From Oligoflexia bacterium (lineage in GTDB: Bacteria; Bdellovibrionota; UBA1018), in the NCBI GenBank assembly GCA_903895855.1, contig CAITVN010000076.1, positions 7,124 through 71,123 of the forward strand: a stretch of DNA of 64,000 nucleotides. The letters are read 5' to 3'. The notes beneath the pieces are model-generated. The model saw only the letters and a program-made list of their open reading frames with translations, searched no databases and was not told where the DNA came from. The number at the start of each line of letters is the position of its first letter. The first letter of the stretch is position 1. Positions 24,541 to 33,034 of this stretch are shown in pieces. The position numbers and the translations under genes were made by a program.

Positions 24541-27281
24541 TGCCCCAGTTGCTCTTCAATTTTTTTGAATGCGGCGCCCAGCCCCTTGGCGTTGGTGCCA
24601 CCGGCTTGAGCAAAGTCAGGTTTTCCGCCGCCTTTGCCATCAATGAGCGCTGCCGCTTGTCGAATCAGTGCGCCAGAGTCCCATTTTTTAGGTGACGACG
24701 GGCCAACTCCCACGACAAGAGAAACCTTGCCAGAGTCAGGTTCAATCATGCTGAGAACAACTACTGCGTCTGGAGCCTTTTGTTTCAATCGGTCGCAAAG
24801 ATCACGCAATTTTTTTAACCCCTGGGCGTCGGGTTGGCATTCGCCACAGATCAGTCGAGTGCCCCCAATGAGCTTTGATGCGGCGAGTAGGGTATCGACT
24901 TCTGATCCGGCGGCTTTTGACTGCCACTGTTCAAGCTGGCGCTTGAGGTCTTTTTCGTGCGCAGTCATTTTTTCGAGTTTCGCCGAAATATCTTCAACTG
25001 AGCTGGCTTTCAGGCGATCTCTTAAACGGTCAATTTCTAAACTTCTTTCATTGAAAAATACGAAGGCACCCTTTGAGGTGAGTGCGGTTAAGCGGCGCAC
25101 GCCGGCTGCGATGCCAGTTTCGCTGGTAATTTTGACCAAATGAATGTCGCTGGCTTGGTCGACATGGGTACCGCCACAGAGTTCAACAGAAAAATCGCCG
25201 ACCGAAATCACACGTACTGAGTCACCGTATTTTTCACCGAAAAAGGCGATGGCTCCAGCTTCAATGGCTTTTTCTTTAGCGAGCACTTGTTTTTTGACAG
25301 GGGCGCCGGCCCAGACGCGCTCATTCACGAGAGCCTCAACTTGCGCCAGCTCTTCGGCAGAAAGAGCTTGAAAATGGCTAAAATCAAATCGAAGTAGGTC
25401 GGCGCTTACCATTGATCCGGCTTGTTTCACGTGCTTGCCGAGCACTTCTCGCAAAGCCCAATGAAGCAAGTGAGTGGCGGTGTGATTTCTCGCGGTGAGG
25501 GCCCGCAACTCTTTGTCGGTCTCTTGGTCGCAGGTGTCGCCAGTATTCAAGACGCCTTTAATGGGTCGAAGGTGGCACACAATGAGGTCAGGGGTTGGCC
25601 GCTGCACATCGATCACCTCTGCTTCAAAACCGTGGGCGGTTTTGATTCGACCTCGGTCACCGACTTGACCGCCGCTTTCACCGTAGAAAGGGGTTTTGTT
25701 GAAAACTGCCTCAATAATTTGCCCCTTTTCTTGGCTGTCTGCCGATGCCGCTAAACTTGGGGTCTGGTAGGTGGTGATTTTTTTGAGATCGGTTTCTGAT
25801 TGGGCTAAGATGGCAACACACTTGCCAATGTCGTGTTGTTTTTCGTAGCCCGTGAATTCAGGCAACGTACCGGCTTGTTTGAGTTCAGCCGCGAGATCAA
25901 AGTACACCTTATCAACGGTGCCTTGGCCTGAACCCTTCCAGTGCTTACGGCTTTCTGAGCGTTGACGATCCATCGCCCTTTCAAAGCCCGCTTCGTCGAT
26001 GGTCAAGCCCTTTTCTTGGCAGATCACTCGCGTCAGGTCGAGCGGAAATCCGTAGGTGTCGTAGAGTTTGAATGCGCTTTCGCCAGAAAATAGTTTATTT
26101 CCGCTCGGTAATTTAGCCGCTTCTTCATCAAGAAGCAAAAGGCCACGCTCGAGTGTTTTGAAAAATTGTTCTTCTTCGGCCAGTACTGCTCGCTCAAGGA
26201 ATGCTCGTTTTTCGGCCAGGTCAGGATAGGCTGCCTTCATTTGGTCAATCACAAATCCAGTTGTTTTATGTAAGAATGGCCCAGTAAAACCGAGTTTCTT
26301 GCCGTGGCGAATGGCTCGACGCATGATTCGGCGAAGTACGTAGCCTCTGCCCTCATTTGAGGGCATGACGCCGTCTGCAATTAAGAAAGCAGTGGCTCTA
26401 GAGTGGTCGGCGATGACTCTGAATGAAGCTTTGAGTTCACCAGAATAAGTTTGGCCCGAAAGTGCCTGGATTTTAGCAATGATGTCTGCAAAACCATCGG
26501 TGTCGTAATTGGTTTCAGATTCTTGCAGAATCGACGCAATTCGTTCTAGGCCTGCGCCGGTATCAACGCTGGGTTTGGGTAGTGGGTTGAGCTTTCCATC
26601 AGCCGAACGCTCGTATTGCATGAACACGAGATTCCAAAATTCCATGTAACGATCGCAATCACAACCCATCGCGCAAGTGGGTTTTTGGCAACTATACTGA
26701 GCCCCACGATCAATAAAAATTTCACTGCAAGGTCCGCAAGGGCCCGTGTCGCCCATCGACCAAAAATTGTCTTTCTCGCCAAAACGGTAAATGCGATCTT
26801 TCGGTACCCCTTCTTGTTTGTGCCAAATTTCGGCTGCTTCATCGTCAGTTTCGAAAACGGTTACATACAAGCGATCTTTGGGTAGTTTGAGTTCTTGTGT
26901 GACGAACTCCCAGGCGTATTTGATGGCTTCTTTTTTGAAATAGTCTCCGAACGAAAAATTTCCGAGCATTTCAAAAAAAGTGTGGTGTCTTGCGGTGAAA
27001 CCGACGTTTTCGAGGTCATTGTGCTTTCCGCCAGCTCTGACGCACTTTTGTGAAGAAACGGCGCGAGTATAGGCTCTTTTTTCTTTTCCCAAGAAACAAT
27101 CTTTAAATTGATTCATACCGGCATTGGTAAAAAGTAGAGAGGGGTCATTTTGTGGTACAAGCGATGAGCTTTCAACGATAGTATGGCCTTGGCGCTGAAA
27201 ATAATTGAGAAATCGCGTTCGAATTTCTGCAGTGCTGATGCTTATTTGAGGAACTCTCGATGAAAAATTTGATGTCGACAT
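24537..27281 (-). CDS. alaS: alanine--tRNA ligase
   Basis: 914 aa. N-terminal AEIRTRFLNYFQRQGH, FTNAGMNQFK, and class II core motifs. The editing-domain motifs HTATHLLH and CGGTHV are present, as is the C-terminal DHHA1-like GGGKPDFAQAGG. Confidence 0.95.
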   Translation of the reverse strand: MSTSNFSSRVPQISISTAEIRTRFLNYFQRQGHTIVESSSLVPQNDPSLLFTNAGMNQFKDCFLGKEKRAYTRAVSSQKCVRAGGKHNDLENVGFTARHHTFFEMLGNFSFGDYFKKEAIKYAWEFVTQELKLPKDRLYVTVFETDDEAAEIWHKQEGVPKDRIYRFGEKDNFWSMGDTGPCGPCSEIFIDRGAQYSCQKPTCAMGCDCDRYMEFWNLVFMQYERSADGKLNPLPKPSVDTGAGLERIASILQESETNYDTDGFADIIAKIQALSGQTYSGELKASFRVIADHSRATAFLIADGVMPSNEGRGYVLRRIMRRAIRHGKKLGFTGPFLHKTTGFVIDQMKAAYPDLAEKRAFLERAVLAEEEQFFKTLERGLLLLDEEAAKLPSGNKLFSGESAFKLYDTYGFPLDLTRVICQEKGLTIDEAGFERAMDRQRSESRKHWKGSGQGTVDKVYFDLAAELKQAGTLPEFTGYEKQHDIGKCVAILAQSETDLKKITTYQTPSLAASADSQEKGQIIEAVFNKTPFYGESGGQVGDRGRIKTAHGFEAEVIDVQRPTPDLIVCHLRPIKGVLNTGDTCDQETDKELRALTARNHTATHLLHWALREVLGKHVKQAGSMVSADLLRFDFSHFQALSAEELAQVEALVNERVWAGAPVKKQVLAKEKAIEAGAIAFFGEKYGDSVRVISVGDFSVELCGGTHVDQASDIHLVKITSETGIAAGVRRLTALTSKGAFVFFNERSLEIDRLRDRLKASSVEDISAKLEKMTAHEKDLKRQLEQWQSKAAGSEVDTLLAASKLIGGTRLICGECQPDAQGLKKLRDLCDRLKQKAPDAVVVLSMIEPDSGKVSLVVGVGPSSPKKWDSGALIRQAAALIDGKGGGKPDFAQAGGTNAKGLGAAFKKIEEQLGQ

Positions 27282-28699
27282 GGTTTTCGCCCTTTGAACC
27301 CGTTTTACCGAGGCTTCGCGCTTTCATCAATCGAATAGCGCGGCCGGCAATCACTTTAGTCTTTGTCGCCACCTGGTTAAGTTTGACCGCTCACGAATCT
27401 ACGGCTTGGAGCTTACATTACCTCATCACTGATCAGTCGCTTACAGAATTTCAATCGCCTTCACTTAATTTGGCAGAAGTGACCGTTGTAAAGCCTTTTG
27501 ATGAGTTTCTTAAGAGCTCTCCGCAAGATCTGAAACTCGTTTTCGATCGCTTTTATGACTGGCTCGATTCGAGGCCCCTGAAACGCTACAAGAGGCAGAC
27601 CTTTGATGCCGCACACCCGACCCAAGCAGAGTTTCTCAAGGCGGCCAGACTGAATCCCAAAACACAATTGAAGCTCGTGACCCGAGTGCTGCCGAGTGAG
27701 CCGCAAAACTCCAAAGAGATACCGGGGGCGTTGCATCAGGTGGTTGGGGCTTCGAAGACTGAAAATCCTGAGTTTGAGTACCGATTTGCTGAAGTTCAAA
27801 AGAATCAAACGGTGAGTGTGCGTTCAGAATTGATTACTTTTTGTGACGAGCCAGATTGGGGAATGGATCAAGACCTTTTTCAAATTGCCGAATATGGTTA
27901 CGGAAAAATTCCTTACGGAGGTGAAACCGGCATACCGAGTCAGGCGCCTTTTCACATGCTTTTTTTGACTGAAAATTTTATTGTAAAATTTGCGGCCCCT
28001 GAGGCTCTTGAAGGAATGGGTAGAGAGCGAGTTGAACTTTTTTCAAGGCTCTCTCAGTTCGCATTTGCCCACAATGAGCGCTACTGGGGTTTTCGTTTTG
28101 CCGGTTGGGCTTTACACTACCTGCAAGACTTAGGGCAGCCTTATCACTCGAGAGCGATGCCTCACTGGACGATCACAGACTACTTAAAATTTGCGGTATC
28201 GTCAGAAAAAGAGAAAATAAAAAAAGACGCGACACAGCTCGTAAAAAACCGGCATTTTGCTTATGAAGATCTGGTGGCTCATGCGCTACAGGCAGCCTAC
28301 TTCAGCGCAGGCGAGTTTGAAAAGGCGTTGGCGGTTTCAACCCGGGCCGAGGCTAAAGATTTTTCGGTAAACCCAGGGCCTTCAGAAAAACAATCGCTTG
28401 CAGTCAGTTTGGTTGAAATCATGTCTCGCACAGCAGGAGCTCACTCGCATGTGATTGATGCCGTCTTAGTCGATACCCTAGGACAAAAATACACGAATGA
28501 CCCTGCCTATGATTTGCAGACAGATAAAGACTATCAAATCAAGACGCTGCTACCTCGCTTAGATCAGAAAAAATTGAATCATCTACTGCAAGAGACTCAG
28601 GTTGATTTTTCGCGAGTCGGCGCAATTACTAGGGCTTGGGTCGAGTCTTTGGTGAGCTTTTCGGGTGCCGCTTCATCAAATTCTCGTTCAGATAAATAG
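27260..28699 (+). CDS. secreted protein, possible zinc-dependent phospholipase C / P1-nuclease fold
   Basis: A signal-like segment ITLVFVATWLSLTAHESTA is followed by W. Later HYLQDLGQPYHS resembles the metal-binding helix of the PLC/P1 family. The start is uncertain: both candidate ATGs (27260, 27272) overlap the divergent alaS start codon at 27279-27281. Confidence 0.45.
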   Translation: MKNLMSTWFSPFEPVLPRLRAFINRIARPAITLVFVATWLSLTAHESTAWSLHYLITDQSLTEFQSPSLNLAEVTVVKPFDEFLKSSPQDLKLVFDRFYDWLDSRPLKRYKRQTFDAAHPTQAEFLKAARLNPKTQLKLVTRVLPSEPQNSKEIPGALHQVVGASKTENPEFEYRFAEVQKNQTVSVRSELITFCDEPDWGMDQDLFQIAEYGYGKIPYGGETGIPSQAPFHMLFLTENFIVKFAAPEALEGMGRERVELFSRLSQFAFAHNERYWGFRFAGWALHYLQDLGQPYHSRAMPHWTITDYLKFAVSSEKEKIKKDATQLVKNRHFAYEDLVAHALQAAYFSAGEFEKALAVSTRAEAKDFSVNPGPSEKQSLAVSLVEIMSRTAGAHSHVIDAVLVDTLGQKYTNDPAYDLQTDKDYQIKTLLPRLDQKKLNHLLQETQVDFSRVGAITRAWVESLVSFSGAASSNSRSDK

Positions 28700-28874
28700 G
28701 TACCAAAATCGGACACCAAAAGAGGTTTCTTTGTTCATTCAGTACTTTTATCGAGTCAGTGAGCTAAATTGTCTCTGCGGTGGTGCCAAAATAAAACTAC
28801 CTTGATAAAACTTTCGCCGCTAAAATCCTTCTGCGTTCTTGCATCTACCGCAGTTTTGTTGTTCAACTGTGGTT

Positions 28875-30677
28875 ATGGCAAATTACTATACTGATTCAGC
28901 TGAATGGAAATATCATTTCAAAAATTCAATCAACTGGGATGCGATTCTACCGCTTTATTACCCTACTTTTCCGACCGCCGATGGATTTCAAAATAGAGAT
29001 GAAGTGTTGCAGTTTTTAGAAGAATTACTGACCACGACTGGTAAGTGGGCGGCTGAATCACTAGCGCCTAGATCAAAAGAACTCGACAAACAAGGTGCTG
29101 GCACGCTCTTGAATGGGGTGTTCACACCGTCAGAGGCTTTGAATAAAACCTACCAAGAAGCTAAAGAGCTCGATTTGTTTGGGCTGTGCATGGCCCCCCA
29201 CCATGGTGGCATGGGCGTTCCGACGATTGTGGGCCTTCTTGCGCTCGAGCAAATTTCAAAAACCTGCGTCTCGACCATGAGCCAACTGGGCTTTTTTACC
29301 AGCATTGCCGACATGATTGAACGATTCTGCGACAAAGATATTCAAGATAAATACATACCCATGATTCGTAACGGTGAAATCAGCGGCTGTATGTGCATGA
29401 CTGAGCCCGATGCCGGTTCAGATGTGGGTTCGTTGCGTACGACTGCAAAAAAACAGCCTGACGGGTCGTACTTAGTTAATGGCGTGAAAATTTTCATCAC
29501 CAACGGCGGCGGTGGTCTCGCCTTCGTGCTGGGTCGAATCGACGGGGCGCCAAAAGGTCTTGAAGGGTTGTCGCTGTTTTTCATAGAGCAGTGGCCCAAT
29601 GCTGATCGAAGTGCGAAGCCGAACTATTTAGTCACTAAGCTTGAAGAAAAAATGGGCATGCACGGTTCGGCAACTTGCGAACTCGTTTTTGAGAATTCAA
29701 AGGCTCGGTTAGTCGGTGGCGAGAACGAAGGCTTCAAGGTCATGCTACATTTGATGAACGAGGCCAGAATCTGTGTGGGCTTGCAAGGTCTAGCAATTAC
29801 CGAAGGCGCTCTCGCGGCTGCGAGAACTTATGCCGAAGGCCGTCAGCAGTTTGGTAAACCTTTGATGGAGTTGCCTTTGTTTAAGCGCAATTTTAACGAG
29901 TGGGAAACTGAGCTCGATGCGTTCAGAGCGCTCATGGCTGACACCTTTACTTATTTTGATATCTACACTCGCCTGGATTTGAAGAAGCGAAGAACTGATG
30001 ATTTGACGGCAGACGAAGTCAAGCTTCAGCAAAAAGCCGGAAGACGAGTGAGAAGGCGAACTCCGTTAGTAAAATACTACGGCGCCGAGATGTCGGCTAC
30101 GTTAACGCAACGAGCGATTCAAGCGCTCGGTGGTTACGGCTACATGGCTGAATATGAAGTCGAGCGTTTTCATCGCGATTGTTTCGGGCCGTTGTTATAT
30201 GAAGGCACTTCACAAATTCAAGCCCTCATGTCGATGAAAGACCTCGTGAAGTTCATGATGAAAGAACCCGCTCGCTTCATTCAAAGTATTGTGGGTAACC
30301 ACCCGTTGACGACGATTGGCGACTCTTCGGTGAAAAAAGCGCTGACGAGTTCACTTTATGAATACCGAAAGCACGTCACCATGCTCGTGGTTCGCTGCTT
30401 TAGACCTGATTTGCAGTTGAGTGAGATGAATTTCACGCAAACACTTGGCCAGCTAAAATCGATCATTCGCGGTGATTTTTGGCAAGAAGAGGGTCGATTT
30501 GATAAATTAATGACCCACGCTGAAACCATGTGCCAGGCTCTTTCATACATTGAAACGCTGAAGGTCTTGGCTAAGCACGCTGCAAAAGACAGTTCAAGAG
30601 TGGCGCTGTTTGATCGTTATCATAAGCTCATTCAACCACGTTTTGCTGCAATTTTCGCTGACTGGAAACTCGGATAG
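28875..30677 (+). CDS. acyl-CoA dehydrogenase, long form
   Basis: ISGCMCMTEPDAGSDVGS, FITNGGG, LGGYGYMAEYEVERFHRD and YEGTSQIQ. The start is placed at the ATG at 28875 (MANYYTD). Confidence 0.85.
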   Translation: MANYYTDSAEWKYHFKNSINWDAILPLYYPTFPTADGFQNRDEVLQFLEELLTTTGKWAAESLAPRSKELDKQGAGTLLNGVFTPSEALNKTYQEAKELDLFGLCMAPHHGGMGVPTIVGLLALEQISKTCVSTMSQLGFFTSIADMIERFCDKDIQDKYIPMIRNGEISGCMCMTEPDAGSDVGSLRTTAKKQPDGSYLVNGVKIFITNGGGGLAFVLGRIDGAPKGLEGLSLFFIEQWPNADRSAKPNYLVTKLEEKMGMHGSATCELVFENSKARLVGGENEGFKVMLHLMNEARICVGLQGLAITEGALAAARTYAEGRQQFGKPLMELPLFKRNFNEWETELDAFRALMADTFTYFDIYTRLDLKKRRTDDLTADEVKLQQKAGRRVRRRTPLVKYYGAEMSATLTQRAIQALGGYGYMAEYEVERFHRDCFGPLLYEGTSQIQALMSMKDLVKFMMKEPARFIQSIVGNHPLTTIGDSSVKKALTSSLYEYRKHVTMLVVRCFRPDLQLSEMNFTQTLGQLKSIIRGDFWQEEGRFDKLMTHAETMCQALSYIETLKVLAKHAAKDSSRVALFDRYHKLIQPRFAAIFADWKLG

Positions 30678-30720
30678 GAATGGGGTGCGACTGCGGTGTT
30701 CGAGAAGAGCCTGCTTTCGT

Positions 30721-30990
30721 GCGGCTCTTGCTGACCTGAGGATCAATGAAACAATGTCCGCAGACACCCTTTCTTGATCTTTTTTGGTTTTAATTGGGCT
30801 ACCAAACTCAAACTAGTTTTGAGGCCTCCCGCAAGCGTGACGCGTTCGCGCCGTAGGCGCGATGCGGGCGAGGCACGGATGCCGCGCCGAGAAAATGAGT
30901 TTGAGTTTGGTAGCCCAATTAAAACCAAAAATATCACTATGGGTGGCGAGGACTTTGTTTCATTGATCCTCAGGTCAGCAAGAGCGCCGC
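30721..30990. repeat. nested-hairpin intergenic element, copy E1
   Basis: The outer helix 30724-30754 pairs with 30955-30985 (31/31 bp). The inner helix 30780-30814 pairs with 30898-30931 (34 bp). The motifs TGTCCGCAG (30755-30763) and GGCGAGGAC (30945-30953) and the apical GCGAGGCACGGATGCCG are shared with E2 and E3. Confidence 0.85.
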
Positions 30991-30997
30991 AGTGGCC

Positions 30998-32314
30998 TTA
31001 TCGATAAGTGCTCTGGTGAAATAGGCAGTTCCAGAGGGTTTTCGCTTTGAGCGGAATATTGGGGTATTTCGGTGGCGTGAAGTCGGGGTGTTCGAAGTCA
31101 AACATATCGGCCATCGAGTTGGCGTTAGCGTCGCGCCGACTGAGCGCAGGAATATTGTACTTGTCTTCGATGAATCGCAAAATCGAGGTGTGGTCGTAGG
31201 TGGTGTGTGAGACGAAGTGGCGCTTAGCGTACGGTGAAATGACGAGAGCCGGAACTCTAAATCCGAGGCGCTCAAAGCCTTCTTGTTTGTTTTCGACGTT
31301 GGGTAAAATTTCATCGGGGGCACACGCTTTTGGCGGCGCCACGTGATCATATCCCCCGTCGCCTTCGTCGTAGCTGAGAAAAACGGCTGAGTTTTTCCAT
31401 GAAGCGCTTTTGCTGAGGGCTTTGAGGCGAGTGGCAAGTTGCCGCTGGTTAATGTCAAAGACAAACGGTGGGTGTTCTTCTCCAAAAATGCTCGAATTTT
31501 CGACAAAAACCACTTGGGCAAGTTTGTTGTGTTTTGCGTGATAGTCAAAGAGTTTGGCTGGTTTAAAGTGTTTGATGTTTTTCAAATAAAATTTTTCATA
31601 AAACTGAATGATCGAGACGTCTGAGATGTAGAATGTCCAGCTCACGCCGGCTTGAGTGAGTGATTCAAAAATGGTGGGTTCTGACCAACCGCCGTGAAAG
31701 AGATCTGAGTTGGTATTTGACGTTTGCCCTGCTGAAGTGCCCGCATAGGCGTATCGACGATTGGGTTGAGTGGCGCCCATCACTGACGCGAAGTAACGGT
31801 CACCCACTGAGAACTGATTAGCCAGAGCATACATTAAGGGGTAATCGCGTTCGTCATAGTAGCCCATCGCGCGATCACCGTTGAGTTTTGACGACGTATT
31901 TGAGATCACAAACTGGTCATTTTTTCCTAAATTGTAGGCTTCGTGTGAACCATCCCAGCCGTGATTCATGCTCTTGATGCAGTGGTTGGTGAGGTGAAAG
32001 GGTACAACGGGAGTGCCATCGGCCGCGGGGTTATACAGATCGGCCGTGATGCCATCGACTTCGTTTCCGTAGAATTCTGGTTTATTTAATTTTCCAAATA
32101 CATTATCGAAACTATGGTTTTCCATCATGAAGACGATGGTGTGTTCGATGGGGTTAGTGTGATCAGGTAGTCCGATGGGATCGTTGGGCCTGGCAAGAGA
32201 CCCTTTGGGTTGAGAGCAGTTGGGTTCTTCGGCCTGCAAACTAGAACAGCACAATAGACTCGCTGCGCTTAAGATCGATAAAAAGCTGACGGTATTTGCC
32301 TTCATGTATCCCAC
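30998..32314 (-). CDS. phosphoesterase-family protein (non-hemolytic phospholipase C / acid phosphatase type)
   Basis: 438 aa with a signal peptide. IEHTIVFMMENHSFDNVFG, SWTFYISD, LSYDEGDGGYDHV and the RVPALVISPY pattern are typical of the phosphoesterase family. Confidence 0.8.
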   Translation of the reverse strand: MGYMKANTVSFLSILSAASLLCCSSLQAEEPNCSQPKGSLARPNDPIGLPDHTNPIEHTIVFMMENHSFDNVFGKLNKPEFYGNEVDGITADLYNPAADGTPVVPFHLTNHCIKSMNHGWDGSHEAYNLGKNDQFVISNTSSKLNGDRAMGYYDERDYPLMYALANQFSVGDRYFASVMGATQPNRRYAYAGTSAGQTSNTNSDLFHGGWSEPTIFESLTQAGVSWTFYISDVSIIQFYEKFYLKNIKHFKPAKLFDYHAKHNKLAQVVFVENSSIFGEEHPPFVFDINQRQLATRLKALSKSASWKNSAVFLSYDEGDGGYDHVAPPKACAPDEILPNVENKQEGFERLGFRVPALVISPYAKRHFVSHTTYDHTSILRFIEDKYNIPALSRRDANANSMADMFDFEHPDFTPPKYPNIPLKAKTLWNCLFHQSTYR

Positions 32315-32352
32315 CCTTTGGTTTAGGATTCGGCAATAGCGGTTTGCGACAT

Positions 32353-32377
32353 AAGAAAAATTTGCCTAGTTGGCAAA
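32353..32377 (-). terminator. weak intrinsic terminator candidate
   Basis: On the minus strand, a TTTGCC-loop-GGCAAA hairpin is followed by ATTTTTCTT. It lies 37 nt downstream of the stop of the 32414-32884 gene. Confidence 0.3.
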
Positions 32378-32413
32378 AGTGCGAAGACAGTTGTGCGTCA
32401 ATCAGTGCGAACT

Positions 32414-32884
32414 TTAGAGCCCGACTCTGACTTCAAAGCCGATGAAATTTTCAGGAACTTTTGCAATTGAACCTTGAAACTCAGGACCAGGCTTTACAGG
32501 CTTTTCAATGGCCTGAAGTTCAATGCTCTTACCTGTTTTCGAGCTTTCGAGAAGAGTGATCGCCATTTTTTCGGGTTTAGTGCCCTTCAAGGTGATGACA
32601 TAAACATTGATCTGACCAGTGGCGCGGTCAACTTGAACTTCGAGTTCTTCTTCGTGGCCTTTGGCTCCGCGTTTGACGAGCCAGCCACCGTGGGGACCCA
32701 GATTTTTTGTCGCGTTGGGTTCGATCAAGGCTTTGAATGGTTTTTTCTTTTGGCTAGTGCCTTGGTTGGCCGCTGGTTGTGAAGCTTGCGGTGTTTCGGC
32801 TAGTGCCATGAGTTCACTTGACAGCAGTACTAATGATGAAGCGAGAACAATGATTGAAACCGTTACTGCATTTAAATTTTTCAT
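32414..32884 (-). CDS. hypothetical secreted protein
   Basis: 156 aa with signal peptide MKNLNAVTVSIIVLASSLVLLSSELMALA. No motif recognised. Confidence 0.6.
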   Translation of the reverse strand: MKNLNAVTVSIIVLASSLVLLSSELMALAETPQASQPAANQGTSQKKKPFKALIEPNATKNLGPHGGWLVKRGAKGHEEELEVQVDRATGQINVYVITLKGTKPEKMAITLLESSKTGKSIELQAIEKPVKPGPEFQGSIAKVPENFIGFEVRVGL

Positions 32885-33034
32885 GGCGCATCGATATTTT
32901 CTCTAAATGGCGAGAAAGACAAGAGAAAAAAATTACCGCGAAAGCCAGCTGTCCACACCAATACGGGGCGTAAAGTCGCCTCTTTCTAGAAGATCACTTG
33001 TTTCGCAGACCCTCCCACGCTAGATTTCTTCATC

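Noticed and set aside
24634-25143. 169-aa ORF antisense to alaS, and likewise 35398-36147 (249 aa) antisense to glyQS
   Set aside because: Both are fully embedded antisense in genes with unambiguous synthetase motifs. Their composition is low-complexity (Ser/Ala/Arg-rich), typical of antisense frames.
27260-27281. Overlap of the divergent start codons of alaS (27281, minus) and the PLC/P1-like ORF (27260 or 27272, plus) as a possible regulatory arrangement
   Set aside because: The more likely explanation is that the plus-strand gene start is mis-assigned, although I found no alternative in-frame start before the signal-like segment. Without transcript or N-terminal data this is only an annotation uncertainty.
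30743-31007. ORFs 30743-30937 (-) and 30774-31007 (+) inside element E1
   Set aside because: Both lie entirely within a near-perfect hairpin, and the two strands give mirror-image ORFs, as expected for a palindrome. There is no RBS and the composition is odd. I treat them as artefacts of the inverted repeat.
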